The position numbers and the translations under genes were made by a program. Source: Cladosporium halotolerans (lineage: Eukaryota). Taken from it: 64,000 nucleotides of DNA. The stretch spans positions 62,001-126,000 of the forward strand of contig NW_027191455.1 in assembly GCF_011745625.1 (NCBI RefSeq), written 5' to 3'. The notes beneath the pieces were generated by a model. The model saw only the letters and a program-made list of their open reading frames with translations, did no database searches and was not told the DNA's origin. This document shows, one piece after another, positions 23,601 through 33,688 of this stretch. The stretch's first letter is position 1. Each line of letters begins with the position of its first letter.

Positions 23601-24640
23601 CTTGGCTGGTACAGAACTCGATGAGCAGGCGGTGGTGGTGGGGGCGGCGAAGAGCCGAGATCGTCTTCCATCATTTCGTGGGCAGGCGGTAGATACGCAT
23701 CTGGTATGAAGTCTGGCGCCGGTGATTGACCTCTTGGATTTTCTTCGTAGCCAAAAGAAGGTGCGCGAGGCGAGTACATCGATTCGGGCATTGGCGCTTC
23801 ATATTGAAGCGGCGAAGGCTCACGACTCCTCTGGGGAAGGAGTTGAGGGAATGCGGAGCCATCATGGTATGAGCTCGGCAAAGGTGCAGGTTGCGGCGAA
23901 TGCGCGCGGTAAGGATTCGGGGACGCAGCTCTGTACATGGGTTGGGAGGGAGAAGGCGCCTCGTATGGATTGGGCACCGGCGCGATATGCATTGGCTGTG
24001 GGGATGCTGCGCGGTACATGCTGCGCCGATTAGCATTTGGGTCGTGTGTGTATCCAGGCGTTGGCGTGGGCGAATTCGAAAGCTGCCTTGATCGTCTGCT
24101 CGTGCGCCTCTCGTTCGCTCTCGGCACCGGCGCAGGCATCCTAAACCCATTGTCTGTGTCCTTAGTTGGGCTATTGGAGCTCGCACCCTTCAGTGTCCCA
24201 GTAGGCGCCTGAGCTGTTTTCATACTCGAGAACGGCTTGAAGCTGCTCTTGGGCTTGGGCTTCTCTGGCAGCGTCTCTTGTTTTGCAGCCATCTTCTCCG
24301 CTCTTGAACCAATCTTCTCGTAGGCTTGGAAGGGTTTCCTAAAGCTCTTCCCTTGCTGTGCCCTGAGTGTGTTCGCTTGTTGAGGCGGCGTTGAATGGCG
24401 ACTGTTAGGTGCCGGTTGGAATCCGTCTTCCAGTACTTTGACGAAGTTCGATGGGAACATTCCTATTGCTCGTGGGTCGCGTCGCAATCTGCCCATCCAC
24501 CACAGGCCATCGCCGGCATTCAGTGCTTCGATCAGGTCGCCTTCAACAAAGCCAAGGTCGCGTTTCGTTTCGCCTCCCCAAGAATATGTTGCCCTGACCC
24601 AGCAGGGGAATCTTGAGGGCAGATCCGGCGGTGCACCCAT
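20657..24640 (-). CDS. CYK3: Cytokinesis protein Cyk3 (SH3 + transglutaminase-like domain)
   Basis: N-terminal SH3 (ATYSWGGETKRDLGFVEGD...WWMG...GMFPSNFV) and C-terminal transglutaminase-like region (NHWWNAVIIDGEWRIMD). Confidence 0.9.
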   Translation of the reverse strand: MGAPPDLPSRFPCWVRATYSWGGETKRDLGFVEGDLIEALNAGDGLWWMGRLRRDPRAIGMFPSNFVKVLEDGFQPAPNSRHSTPPQQANTLRAQQGKSFRKPFQAYEKIGSRAEKMAAKQETLPEKPKPKSSFKPFSSMKTAQAPTGTLKGASSNSPTKDTDNGFRMPAPVPRANERRTSRRSRQLSNSPTPTPGYTHDPNANRRSMYRAASPQPMHIAPVPNPYEAPSPSQPMYRAASPNPYRAHSPQPAPLPSSYHDGSAFPQLLPQRSREPSPLQYEAPMPESMYSPRAPSFGYEENPRGQSPAPDFIPDAYLPPAHEMMEDDLGSSPPPPPPPAHRVLYQPSRAPSLEFRDDDPADYDRGHSHTPTPRYNGDGSHNTPSPLRDAMNDVMSSLQDMSLVPESPPTSGQPISSSIWSPDEYEQIRSNSREQMRAHSSLGFARHEQCHGYDDGTRTPSAPSSRDGPPPLDDFVQSMTQRFREPRSNQFSDQPPMPPSHLHSARPTTANSQSSQESSGNGYTLHSQRRHPNLRHQKSAHELGKNRLTRNFTTKTNITDSTNSSSATHSSNSTQLTSRSIMSGHSAGGFSATSAGSLARKKFSLGSIRGGQRPINLTDNKSTPNLHSSARSMAASDFSGSGPSYHESHASENQPIPTPRADWTTDPIENAGVLGGLGTPKAKRSGFFKKMIESARTTAKTGAANARSTIGSTSRPGSRNGAGSPTKGMFGGNGPTGIAGGLASAPSSPEKGVRDMGLGGGSEWMSVRRDVNRSNSISRREREERAERCDMLDLPVLNPIDQLHECAEGDEGLDGLPVDEPTNFFTTHLALVDKSTRFINNAPPMINAAALAQSYICRPHRSDVQRLRAIFTWTAERITWEEEYEAQPDSRRVIQTKRGCSEEIAVLVRDMCNAVGLHCEVIRGYLKCPGEILDVQSIARPNHWWNAVIIDGEWRIMDCALASPTHPKRSLYSSASSQVAENWYFLARPMEICYTHVPLLPEQQHIVPAVDHETLVHLPVSGPAYFRHNVELSDYSTSNLHLENLEMAHFHLNVPEDIEVVAETESRAFERDADGDFFESGETIRKSALAQAEWVAGRKRFAVKAVPPGDDGQATLKIYAGKRGMMHSIKDNPHALALALPITHIGQNPPYDFLTRHPTPHAQRHDLYIVQPQCRRLVMNNTFVFHVRQHPSSLSRFTPDTWGSNSAGAGARAPSPNPMIARPTSAMSMVSGTASVSQSGSDSSSNPAGPMTAAQQKPAKLAIQSPSQKIIRLTRKQEYGNRSGDEVDVGLTTAWETVIKIGERGTWRGLVLADRSARWCVFAEWECA

Positions 24641-25348
24641 CGCGGCGAGGTATAACGAAGGATTGTAAGGACAGGTATTGTTTGCGATACCTGAAGTAAT
24701 CAAGCGTGGGCGTAAAACATGTGTCGCAGTTGAGCTGAACTGTTATTCCTCGAGACCAAGGTTGGTTGCTATGCGGATATCGGGTCTCCGCTACAGATGC
24801 GGGACTCGCTGCAAGAGCGTTGACGCGGCCTGAGACAGAACGAATGGAAGAATGAAAGACTGGGTAGAACAGAGCTACCCGATCGTGTAAATTGCAGTTG
24901 ATGTCAAGATGTAGAGAGGTTTGTTAAGCCAGATAGACATGTGGTCTATCAGCGATAGCCGCCATTGGTATTTGTACACAAACAAGCGAATCGCGGGCTT
25001 GCGCTAGTGGATCCCAGCTAGCTCCCGCGCAGCTTAAGCTCAAAATAGTCACGACGTCACGCAAGGTGCTGCAGGTACAACGTGGAGACGGCCAACGTTC
25101 GGCGGCCGGTACAGGCGTTGCGACAGTGACGGCGGGGTTCGCGTGGTTTCGAAGGCTGCAATCGAGCATAAAAGCGGCAAATGTGGGAAGCACGGCATGG
25201 CGAACATACCCGCTGCGGAGAAGATGGCGCCATGCCCTTGCTGCCCCACGCGTTGAGCGGATTATGGCGAGTAATGGACCCGATCGTACCTGTACAAAAA
25301 AGTATGATACACGGTGTTTGTACATTGGAGCTTGGACACTTCCCGAGT

Positions 25349-27433
25349 CTATGGGTTGCTCTTAGAGAGAGCATCTCTTGCCCTGTGGACGCCGTCGCGT
25401 GCCCTCTGCCACGCTTGCACGTCCTCAGGTTGCACCGCGACTCGCCCGTTTTGGCTGACAATCTGCCGAAGCTGGCCTTCAACCTCAGACAGTACTCGTC
25501 TCCCGTTCTCTTTCACGGAGACTTCGAACTCCTGCCGCTTGGCTCCCCACTTCTTTTGCATGCGACGTAGACTCCAAACCAGACCGAGAGACGCCACGGC
25601 CCCGGCTTCCGCACCAGCTGTGCCAGCAGATGCAACCAGAAGCCATGCACCCAAAGCAGTAGTACCGCTGATGGTGGTCAGGGTGCTGATGAGAAGTGTT
25701 TGCGCCCTTCTATGCAAGCTGGGCACGAGCGTGTGTAACATCGTTGCCCGAGCCAATGTAAGCATCTGTGGCCAGGGAGGATCAAACAATGCGTTGACGC
25801 CGCTTTGCTCCTGCAGCTTCGAGAGCATAGCGGGCATCTGCATGAGCTCGGCCACGCTTTCCTTGTGATCCTTCACCGCTTCGTAGACTTCCATTTCCTC
25901 TTTCCTGCCGCTTTCCAGCAAGCGCTTTTCAACTCCACTCTTCTTCAATTCGTCTGCAGTCGCAATCCCAGATTCCAAGATACGACCGCTCAGAAAAGCA
26001 AGGTTCTGTTCGGTTTCGTTCAACCAGCTACGTTGCAGTACATCTGCTGCAGAGAACGTGACGTCGTCGATCCTCCAGAGGAGGCGGAACCAGGCAGTTC
26101 GATGCCATGATTTCGAATCAAATGCGGCGGCGAGGTTCATTTGTAGGTCTTTGTGTGCTTCAGCCGACCAGGTGGTAATTGCGCCTTGCATTGCGTGGCG
26201 CTTTGCCTCTGTGACATTGGATTTCTGCACTTCCGTCGATTTCTCCAGTTGGATCTGATCAACAGCGTGTGCTGTCGTCTCTAGTGCAGACTCAATTTGG
26301 GCCTGAACCGCTTGTTTGAGCCCACTATGCGTCCGCGTAGTAGATGCCGTGAGCCACTCAGTGATGGCTGATATCCTGCTGTCCTCCCATTCTTCACTGA
26401 AGCGGGCGCCATTGGCATTGCTTTCGCGGAATAGATTCAAGGCGTGATCGGCCAGATCAACGTTGACGATCTTGCCTAGCTTGTCGTCCTGAGATGCCGC
26501 TTCGGCGACAGCCGGTGCGCTCATGGACAGGTTGACCGCGGAAGAAATGAGGTCGCTGTTCAAGCCGGCCCTCAGCATCTGCCCACACTCCACAGCGCCT
26601 TCCACACCATCTCCCACAATCAATGCCTTGTGTACAGGATACCTCACGAAACCTATTCTCCCACCGTTCGACATGGGCATTGATAGGCTGGGCACGAGCA
26701 CCGAGCTTTCCAGTTCTCTCTTGTTTGCTCCTTCCTGTCCAGTGAGACCGACCCCGTTCAACCCAGTGACCAAGATCTCTAGTCCATGTCTCTTAAGCAG
26801 CGGAGAAGGTACCAGCAAGGTCCTCACCATGGGGCTATCTGCGGGCAACGCATCTTCGGGCTCCCCATACCTAAGCAGCACGCTCCTCCCGTCTCCTGCG
26901 TCGCCCAATATCTTCCTCTCCCACTCTTGTGCAGATCCCAGAGCATCCGCGACCAAGACTCTTGCCAGCTTCTTCGCCGCAGCCGCGCCTTTTTCGCCCA
27001 ATCCAAGGAATGCGATTCGGATGACAGGGTCGTCGCTCTCCAAGCTCCGGAGCGCAAGCTGAAGTCGTGAGAGATCCACGAAACCGCTTGCTGAGTCTTG
27101 AAGCGCGTTCAATCGTTGGTGGAGTTCGCGGAGTTCCGTGGGGACGGTCGAAGGCGCATTGATGGCGGAAGATGAGGCGAGAGATCCGTTCAAGCGTCTG
27201 TCGGCAAAACCATTCGTGGGTTTCGGACCGGAATTGAATCGCTTGTTGTCACCGTAGCTCCGGGGTCTCGATTGAGCGTGTAAGGCGCGGGCCCCATGTC
27301 GAGTGCTAGAGGGAGCCTTCCGAATGGCGTGAGAAGGTTGCGGGGTGTGGTGAAGGACGCATGTTGGGCAGATGTATCTCTCTGCAGGCGAATATATTAG
27401 AGGTTGGAGCGCCAGAGGCGCGCGACGGGACAT
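25349..27433 (-). CDS. Conserved fungal protein, probably mitochondrial (Mmc1-like C-terminus)
   Basis: Arg/Ser-rich presequence-like N-terminus with YICPTC, motif W.RTAWFRLLWRIDDV, and a C-terminal hydrophobic hairpin followed by WSLRRMQKKW. Confidence 0.6.
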   Translation of the reverse strand: MSRRAPLALQPLIYSPAERYICPTCVLHHTPQPSHAIRKAPSSTRHGARALHAQSRPRSYGDNKRFNSGPKPTNGFADRRLNGSLASSSAINAPSTVPTELRELHQRLNALQDSASGFVDLSRLQLALRSLESDDPVIRIAFLGLGEKGAAAAKKLARVLVADALGSAQEWERKILGDAGDGRSVLLRYGEPEDALPADSPMVRTLLVPSPLLKRHGLEILVTGLNGVGLTGQEGANKRELESSVLVPSLSMPMSNGGRIGFVRYPVHKALIVGDGVEGAVECGQMLRAGLNSDLISSAVNLSMSAPAVAEAASQDDKLGKIVNVDLADHALNLFRESNANGARFSEEWEDSRISAITEWLTASTTRTHSGLKQAVQAQIESALETTAHAVDQIQLEKSTEVQKSNVTEAKRHAMQGAITTWSAEAHKDLQMNLAAAFDSKSWHRTAWFRLLWRIDDVTFSAADVLQRSWLNETEQNLAFLSGRILESGIATADELKKSGVEKRLLESGRKEEMEVYEAVKDHKESVAELMQMPAMLSKLQEQSGVNALFDPPWPQMLTLARATMLHTLVPSLHRRAQTLLISTLTTISGTTALGAWLLVASAGTAGAEAGAVASLGLVWSLRRMQKKWGAKRQEFEVSVKENGRRVLSEVEGQLRQIVSQNGRVAVQPEDVQAWQRARDGVHRARDALSKSNP

Positions 27434-28060
27434 TTCGGCCTGCCTTGTAGTGGTCGCTTCGAAACACCCAGTTTCATCAGACGAACGGCGAAAGTGAAGG
27501 GTCGCAGACGCGACATGCGTTGTCTGAGATACGCTGCGTAGATCTGGGGCTGGGCGTCGCCGACGGTGGGCAGCTCGACGTGACCAGGCCGTTCTACGAT
27601 TGAACTTCGCCTTTGATTTCCACGGTAACAATACAAGATCTTGACGAAACCATTAGAGCCAGCATGATTTCTCATAGCTTCGATGAAATCAGAGTAGCAA
27701 GATGTCAATTGGGAAATGCCCATTCGATCGATTTAATCGTGTCCACAGGTCTCTCAATGATCGCCATCTTCTTCCATCAACGCTCGTGCAAGGACCTGTT
27801 ATAATCAGGTGTCGCCTAAGTTAACAGACGAACAGGCTTGACGCTCATGATTTTGGGCTTCTGAGCGCATGGAAACACGTAGGTAGAACCTCTTCTGGAC
27901 AAGACACACGATAAGCAGCAGCCATAGGGATGTGTGCAAAAAGCCATCGGCCGTTAAGGGTACGTAACATTAGGACAGACATGCCGAAAAAGACCACAAA
28001 TAGCAAATCGCGCCAGCTACGCAAGACAGAAAGTTCACAACCGTCCCAAGCAAATCCGCT

Positions 28061-29638
28061 TTACCAAGCCTGCTCGCCAATCCTCGGGGCGCCACCCCTC
28101 CAGTCCAGGCGCTCGAAGTACCTAAAGACAAGCTCGTAGCCTTCGAGGTCGTGTACGACCCGGTCAACACGGCGGTAGCCCTTGATACAGTCCATGCGCT
28201 TGTCCCTCTTGGCCATGCCACTGTCGTCGCCGCTCTTAGCCTCGAACAGGGTGACGCTGAAGCGACCGGGCTTGAAGACGTTGACGACTTCTTCGACAAC
28301 CTCCACGGTCTCACGGCCGGTCTGACGAGTGGGCACATTGGTCTCGAAGCTGGCATAGGAGCACTGCGGCTCCGGCGTGACGTGGACTGTCCAGTAGTTG
28401 GTCGTCTCAGCGTCACCTGGCTTCGGCACGACGCCGTTAGCGGAGAAGCCGCAGGGCGTGAAGAGGTATGCGTCGATGCGAGCATCCGGGTATTTGCCCT
28501 GCGGGTAGACGTCAGATAGGCCGCAAGAGTCAGACACGACGGTTCCAAGGGTGTGACCCTCAGTGCTAAGCTCCTCAGAGAAAGTGAGGTGGTCATCCTC
28601 GGCATCAGAGTTGAAACCAGAGTGGTCAGTAGACGTCTGGGCGAATACGTCAAAGCCGGCACCCTCCTCCTTGCCTTGACCGTTCACAAGCGTGTTGCCA
28701 GAGATGCTGGGGTCAGACGCATTAGCATCAGAGATGACGCCCAGATGCTCGATAGCGTCCTTGCGAGCGGCATACGAGGCACGCACGTTCTCGTGGGCAA
28801 TGCGGCTAGCGTCTTCCAGGTAGAACTGGCGCGCGTTCTTCTCCTCGAGGTCGGTCATCAGAATCTCGAGAGTCTCGTCACCGGACTCGTCGAAGTCGTC
28901 ATCCACGGCGACGGCGGCCATCTTCTCGGGCAAATCCAACTGCTTCGTCGTAGTCGCATACTTCTCCTCGTCAGGGGTCGTTGGAGGCGTAAGTTGGGTT
29001 CCAGGACCGGTAATGTAAAGATACCAGTGCTCGCCGTTCATCTTGCCAATCATGTAGGCACTGCCACCACGGAACCTCTCGTCCAGGAAGCGAACCTCGT
29101 CGCGCCAGCTACGGTGCGGACCGCGCTGTTGGTTCGGGTACAGGAAGTTCTTGCGGCTGTAAAATACGCGATGCGGTGTAGCAGCGGCGGGAATTCCCTG
29201 CACCAAGTTCGCCTGCTGGTGCGGGAAGCCGGCCTCAAGGGCAGCGATTTCGAGCATGCGCGGTAGGCCATAGAGGAGAGTGGTGGTACCGCATGTTTTC
29301 AGCACAAGCTTGTGCGGGAAAACAAACATGCTTGATTCGGACAGGAGGTACGCATCCACGTTGCGAGACTCAATGACCGAGAGCACCTGGCAGTTCACCA
29401 GGTCCAGCATTTCCTTCCAGACATCCTGGGAAACACACTTTAATCCCAAGGGAGAAGCAGACGCAGGCAGCGCCTTCTCCGATGGCGAGAACCATACCTC
29501 TAGCAGCTTTTCCGGGCCTTCGAAGGCATTGGAAGAATCGAGATCAGCGGTGACCTCGCGATTGATGGTCAAATGCGGCGTGCCACTCAGGGAGGACGGC
29601 GAGCCGGTGTAGTGATCCGGAATTCCAGCGATAACCAT
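28061..29638 (-). CDS. SPE2: S-adenosylmethionine decarboxylase proenzyme
   Basis: Motifs AFEGPEKLLEVWF, self-cleavage site YLLSESS, LKTCGTT, FTPCGFSANG and TVHVTPEPQCSYASFETN. Confidence 0.96.
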   Translation of the reverse strand: MVIAGIPDHYTGSPSSLSGTPHLTINREVTADLDSSNAFEGPEKLLEVWFSPSEKALPASASPLGLKCVSQDVWKEMLDLVNCQVLSVIESRNVDAYLLSESSMFVFPHKLVLKTCGTTTLLYGLPRMLEIAALEAGFPHQQANLVQGIPAAATPHRVFYSRKNFLYPNQQRGPHRSWRDEVRFLDERFRGGSAYMIGKMNGEHWYLYITGPGTQLTPPTTPDEEKYATTTKQLDLPEKMAAVAVDDDFDESGDETLEILMTDLEEKNARQFYLEDASRIAHENVRASYAARKDAIEHLGVISDANASDPSISGNTLVNGQGKEEGAGFDVFAQTSTDHSGFNSDAEDDHLTFSEELSTEGHTLGTVVSDSCGLSDVYPQGKYPDARIDAYLFTPCGFSANGVVPKPGDAETTNYWTVHVTPEPQCSYASFETNVPTRQTGRETVEVVEEVVNVFKPGRFSVTLFEAKSGDDSGMAKRDKRMDCIKGYRRVDRVVHDLEGYELVFRYFERLDWRGGAPRIGEQAW

Positions 29639-29860
29639 CTCCAAGCGTCTAGGCCTGCACACGCAGCTCTTTCCTCAACTTTTTTCTCCTGGTTTCAATA
29701 TTTACAAGCTCTTCTTCAGCGAAGTGGAGCACTACCTGCTGCACAAACGAACCGGCGGTGTCCGCTTGAGGAGAATAGGCCCACTGACGGGTTCTGGATC
29801 GTGGAGGCTGGCTTGCGCCAGCAGCAATCGGGTGATCTGAAGAAACGACCTTAAAGGACG

Positions 29861-29911
29861 TTAAGGAGGGCGAGCAGAGAGGGGAATAAAAGAGCTCTTG
29901 CGGCGAGGAAT
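29861..29911 (-). promoter_or_regulatory. Candidate near-cognate (AUU)-initiated uORF in the SPE2 leader, (M)PRRKSSFIPLSARPP-stop
   Basis: Reads ACA-ATT-CCT-CGC-CGC-AAG...CGC-CCT-CCT-TAA inside an AUG-free upstream region; the stop lies about 220 nt upstream of the SPE2 AUG. Confidence 0.55.
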
Positions 29912-31312
29912 TGTGCCGACTATGCTCTGTATTCCAGAATGATGGCTCCGATACCCGGCGTAAGTATCGGGTGAATAGTTAGGATCCGCGGTTTATTTTC
30001 TCGAGCTCCCACGGTGAATGAGCAACTGTGAGTCGCTGTGGCGATGACGGTGTCCTTGTCGACGTTCGAGGTGATGGTGGACGAGTCGTGAAGAGGATCG
30101 GCGTGCGCTTCTTGCACACGACTGCGGAAGGCGCTCGTGTGCTCTTGGCAACCAACCACTTGAGCGCAGATGGCAGGTGTGAGTGAAGGCTGCAGAGCGA
30201 GAGTCTCTGCAGAGGCAGCAGAGATGTCAGCAAGGACTGTCCCGGACCAGGGCGAGAGATGCGTCGAGGCCGCAACAAAAATTCGCCTCTGCTCCTGCGC
30301 GAAGCTGCAGAGCCGCAGCCACACTGAAATTCCCTCAAAACCTGCCCAACTCCAACGTCACCGGCGCCCGAGGCCCGTCGCCCCGCCAAGCGACACGCGA
30401 GGCTGACCGCGGCTCCACCTGTGTTTACCTTCACCAACAATAGAAAGTCTATGCGGCTGATCGTGAGGAGAACGATAGTATTGTAACTTTCTGTTCCAGC
30501 CAGCAGAAGCTCGATCTTCGCAGCATGTATGTGGCTACCTTACTAGATCGTTTCGTGGGCTCCGTACATGCACCTTCACACTTTCACCTATCCTAAGAGT
30601 GCTAGATTAAGGACCAAGTATGGTTCGAGCCGTGGTGATACAGAAGATAGCATGGCCTATCAATCTAGTAGCCGCTTGGAAGCTATTTTGGCCAGTGACA
30701 CGCCATGACACTGGAAGAGACCAGCATAGTACATCCTTCATTGGCCAACGAATGACGGGGTTTGGAATGCGGAGGCGAGCCTCCGTTCTAGACTTCAAGT
30801 GCTTCAGATTCGACACGCTCTTTGAACTAACGCACCAAATTCTCGAGAGTACCAAAGTATAAGAGCTTCAAATTGGCACAATGCCTAGTGTCAGTGCTTC
30901 TAAACTATCGGTCCGTGTGGCCATGATCTTGTTGTGCGATGGTGGCTCTTTTGTGACGCCCCAGACCGTCGCCAGCAAGCTCAACGTCTGATGAAACGTC
31001 GGCTCAATGAGGGCCACTTGTTTCCAATGTCGAAGAAAGCAGCAGATTCAATAAGTAACGCTGACTAAATCGATGAAATTACGAGATATCAATTTCCGTC
31101 CTAATATGTAGGTAGGCAGGGAGGCCGAAGGAGATCGAGTCTAGGGGAGAACCTACAGCGGCCAACAGACACTCGCTGTCGCAAAACCAAAGCCCGGCAA
31201 CTCTGCCGAACAGCTCACGAACAACACCTAGCTTACGCTCGACGAACATGCAACAAGTGAACTTGTGACAAGACGCGGGGAAGCACCGTGGTCGCGCTCA
31301 CACGTTATCAAA

Positions 31313-32185
31313 ATGAGTAAATTCTTCATCGACAGCACGTCGCAGTCCGCAGACACGACGCCAGCGCACGTAGGCTCGCCTTCTTTCGGCTCAGACGATG
31401 AGGACACCCTCCCATACCCAGCTGAGCTCGCCCGCAACGACTTTCTCTCACCAAACTTTGACGCCCAGGAGTATCTGTCGTCGTTGCGGAATAGACATCA
31501 AACTCTCGAAGATTTGCGCAGCGACCTGCGAGGAAGGAGCCAACTTCTCAATCGTGAACTCTTGGATCTGGTCAATGGCAATTACGAGGAGTTCCTGAGC
31601 TTGGGAGGGGGTTTGAAAGGGGGAGAAGAGAAAGTGGAAGGGGTCACGGTTGGGCTGCTCGGGTTTCAAAGAGAAGTGGAGACAATAAGGAAGGCTGTAC
31701 AAGAGAGGGCAAGGGAGACTGGGGATCTTTTGCAAGAGAAGAAGGGACTGAGGAAAGAAGTCGTACTTGGGAGGGCATTGCTGGAAGTCAATGAGAAGCT
31801 GGAGGAGCTGGAGGAGAGGCTTGGTATCAAGTCGAAAGATGAAGAGGACGATGAAGAGGACGATGAAGACGAAGATGATGATGATGAGGCATCATCAGCT
31901 GCCGGAAACTCTGTCTACGCTGGTACTCTTAGACGTTTAGGAAAGCAATCAGAGCAGTATCTCTCGATTGTGCGGCAGTGTGATAGGATTGGCACCGGCC
32001 ACCCTTTTCTCGTGAGCCTGCAGCCCAGGATCGATGAGGTACGCAAAACGATCATTCTGGATCTTTCGGCTTCATTACGCCAAGCGAAGTCCTTGGACGA
32101 CAAGAGAGCTGTGCTAGGTCTGACTCAAGTCTTCGCGGCCGTGAATGCGGAGAACGATGCTCTGAGAGTTCTGAAGGGTTCCTGA
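31313..32185 (+). CDS. COG2: Conserved oligomeric Golgi complex subunit 2
   Basis: Motif LPYPAELARNDFLSPNFDAQEYLSSLRNRHQTLEDLRSDLR...LLDLVNGNYEEFLSLG. Confidence 0.85.
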   Translation: MSKFFIDSTSQSADTTPAHVGSPSFGSDDEDTLPYPAELARNDFLSPNFDAQEYLSSLRNRHQTLEDLRSDLRGRSQLLNRELLDLVNGNYEEFLSLGGGLKGGEEKVEGVTVGLLGFQREVETIRKAVQERARETGDLLQEKKGLRKEVVLGRALLEVNEKLEELEERLGIKSKDEEDDEEDDEDEDDDDEASSAAGNSVYAGTLRRLGKQSEQYLSIVRQCDRIGTGHPFLVSLQPRIDEVRKTIILDLSASLRQAKSLDDKRAVLGLTQVFAAVNAENDALRVLKGS

Positions 32186-33016
32186 CAGCCAACTCATCCG
32201 TGCGCTAAGAACATTCATCACCTGAGTACACCAGGAAAGAAGTCTTGGACAAGATGGAGCTCGTATGCTACACTGAGCAATGATTCTGCCCAACAAAGCC
32301 GAGTCTAGAACTCGCCACGCTCGGTGTATCTGATGATATATACATAGCCTCCACCAAGACGGGGCGGAAAGTGGACCGCAACACCACCCTTTGCCGTCCT
32401 CGACAATGATTTTGGTCTTGGTCGTAGAGGTCTTACATCTAAGTTACCCAGCCCAGGTCCACGCAGAGCCATTTCCGGCTGCTCGTGGAACGTGCCTATG
32501 CAGCGAGAAGACGACAAATGAATCGTCACTCCCATGCAAACGCGGCATTCGGTCAATGGCCTACGCAAAAGCGGACGTGGACGCCCATGCGAGCGAACGC
32601 CGCAGCAGTACGAAGACTAGGGCACTCGACTTCCGTTGAACCGTTGTGGGGGCGAGTTTCATGGTGGATGTCATGAGGAAAGTATTGAATACGAGGCTTT
32701 GATTGAATGAGTTATGCAGCATTGCTGCTACCTTACCGTTACCCGATCGACGTAATCAACACAACTGACCTGATCGCAAAAGACTACAATTTGCTGTGTA
32801 ATGAAATTCGAATTCTATGTATGGTACATGTGATCTCGCACACGAGGGGGAAGACCTCGTGGCGAGACGCAACCCTCGCTTGTCTGTGAGTTGGCCGCTA
32901 TTGTGCCCGGCTCATTCACCAATACAAATGCCATCCCTATCAGGCTTCATTCGGCCAAGAGGTCCATCTCGCTTGAATCAGACTCAGACTATCGTATCTC
33001 GAACTCCATCACTCGA

Positions 33017-33688
33017 TCACTGGCGTGGAGGTCCCCGAGGTCCCCTTGGTGCCCTTGGTGCCCTTCCACCCCGGCCGGTTTCCCGCCCACCGGGCTTTCC
33101 GCCTTGTCTCGGCGCCTTCAGTGCCAGCTTCTCTTGAAGCATGGTCCTCTGTGCCTTCGCCTCGTCGAAAAGATAAGCGTCGATGCGGATCTTGTGGCCA
33201 AAGTCCTTGATGCCAGCCTTGCTCACGTATACCCTCTCGGCGCTCTTCCTCTTAGCAGCAATACCAGACTTGGAGCTGCGCTCTCCGCCCGTGTTCTCCA
33301 AAACGGCGTACTGTGAGAGAAGCTGGTTTGTAGTCTGCGCAGCGGTTGGGAGTGTCTTGACCGTTGCTTTGTTGTAGCTGTAGGTTGATGTTCGCCATTC
33401 TTGCGCGCCGGGCACGGGGCGGGAGAAGCGTACACCTAGGCGGCGGGTAATGTCGGCGTGTGAAGGTGGCGGAGGGCGCGCATTTGGGTTTGAAGGCCCA
33501 TGGTGAATCTTTGACCTGGTAATGTGTAGTAAAGGTGCACTGGCGGGTTGCTCGGTCTGGGTTGTGGGTGTTGCTGGGTTCTTTTGCAGGGCGGTTCGTG
33601 TAGTCGCGAATGTTCGTTTTGCCGGCAGCGAGGGAGCAGCAGCTCTTGATGCGAAGGTCCGCGCGAACGAGCAGCTAGGACAGGCCAT
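33017..33688 (-). CDS. rps3 (N-half): Nuclear-encoded N-terminal half of mitochondrial ribosomal protein Rps3/uS3m, with targeting presequence (223 aa)
   Basis: QEWRTSTYSYNKATVKTLP and KRKSAERVYVSKAGIKDFGHKIRIDAYLFD resemble the fungal mt-Rps3 N-terminal blocks (approximately KEW.NSIY.YNKN..K.LP and R.S.NKIF.SKAEIKH...K..IT.Y.YN). The N-terminus is R/A/S/T-rich and acid-free, and the start context is caccATGG. Confidence 0.75.
   Translation of the reverse strand: MACPSCSFARTFASRAAAPSLPAKRTFATTRTALQKNPATPTTQTEQPASAPLLHITRSKIHHGPSNPNARPPPPSHADITRRLGVRFSRPVPGAQEWRTSTYSYNKATVKTLPTAAQTTNQLLSQYAVLENTGGERSSKSGIAAKRKSAERVYVSKAGIKDFGHKIRIDAYLFDEAKAQRTMLQEKLALKAPRQGGKPGGRETGRGGRAPRAPRGPRGPPRQ

Noticed and set aside
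32305..32568. 87-aa minus-strand ORF between COG2 and the rps3 N-half
   Set aside because: Short, with no recognisable motif or codon bias; it cannot be supported.
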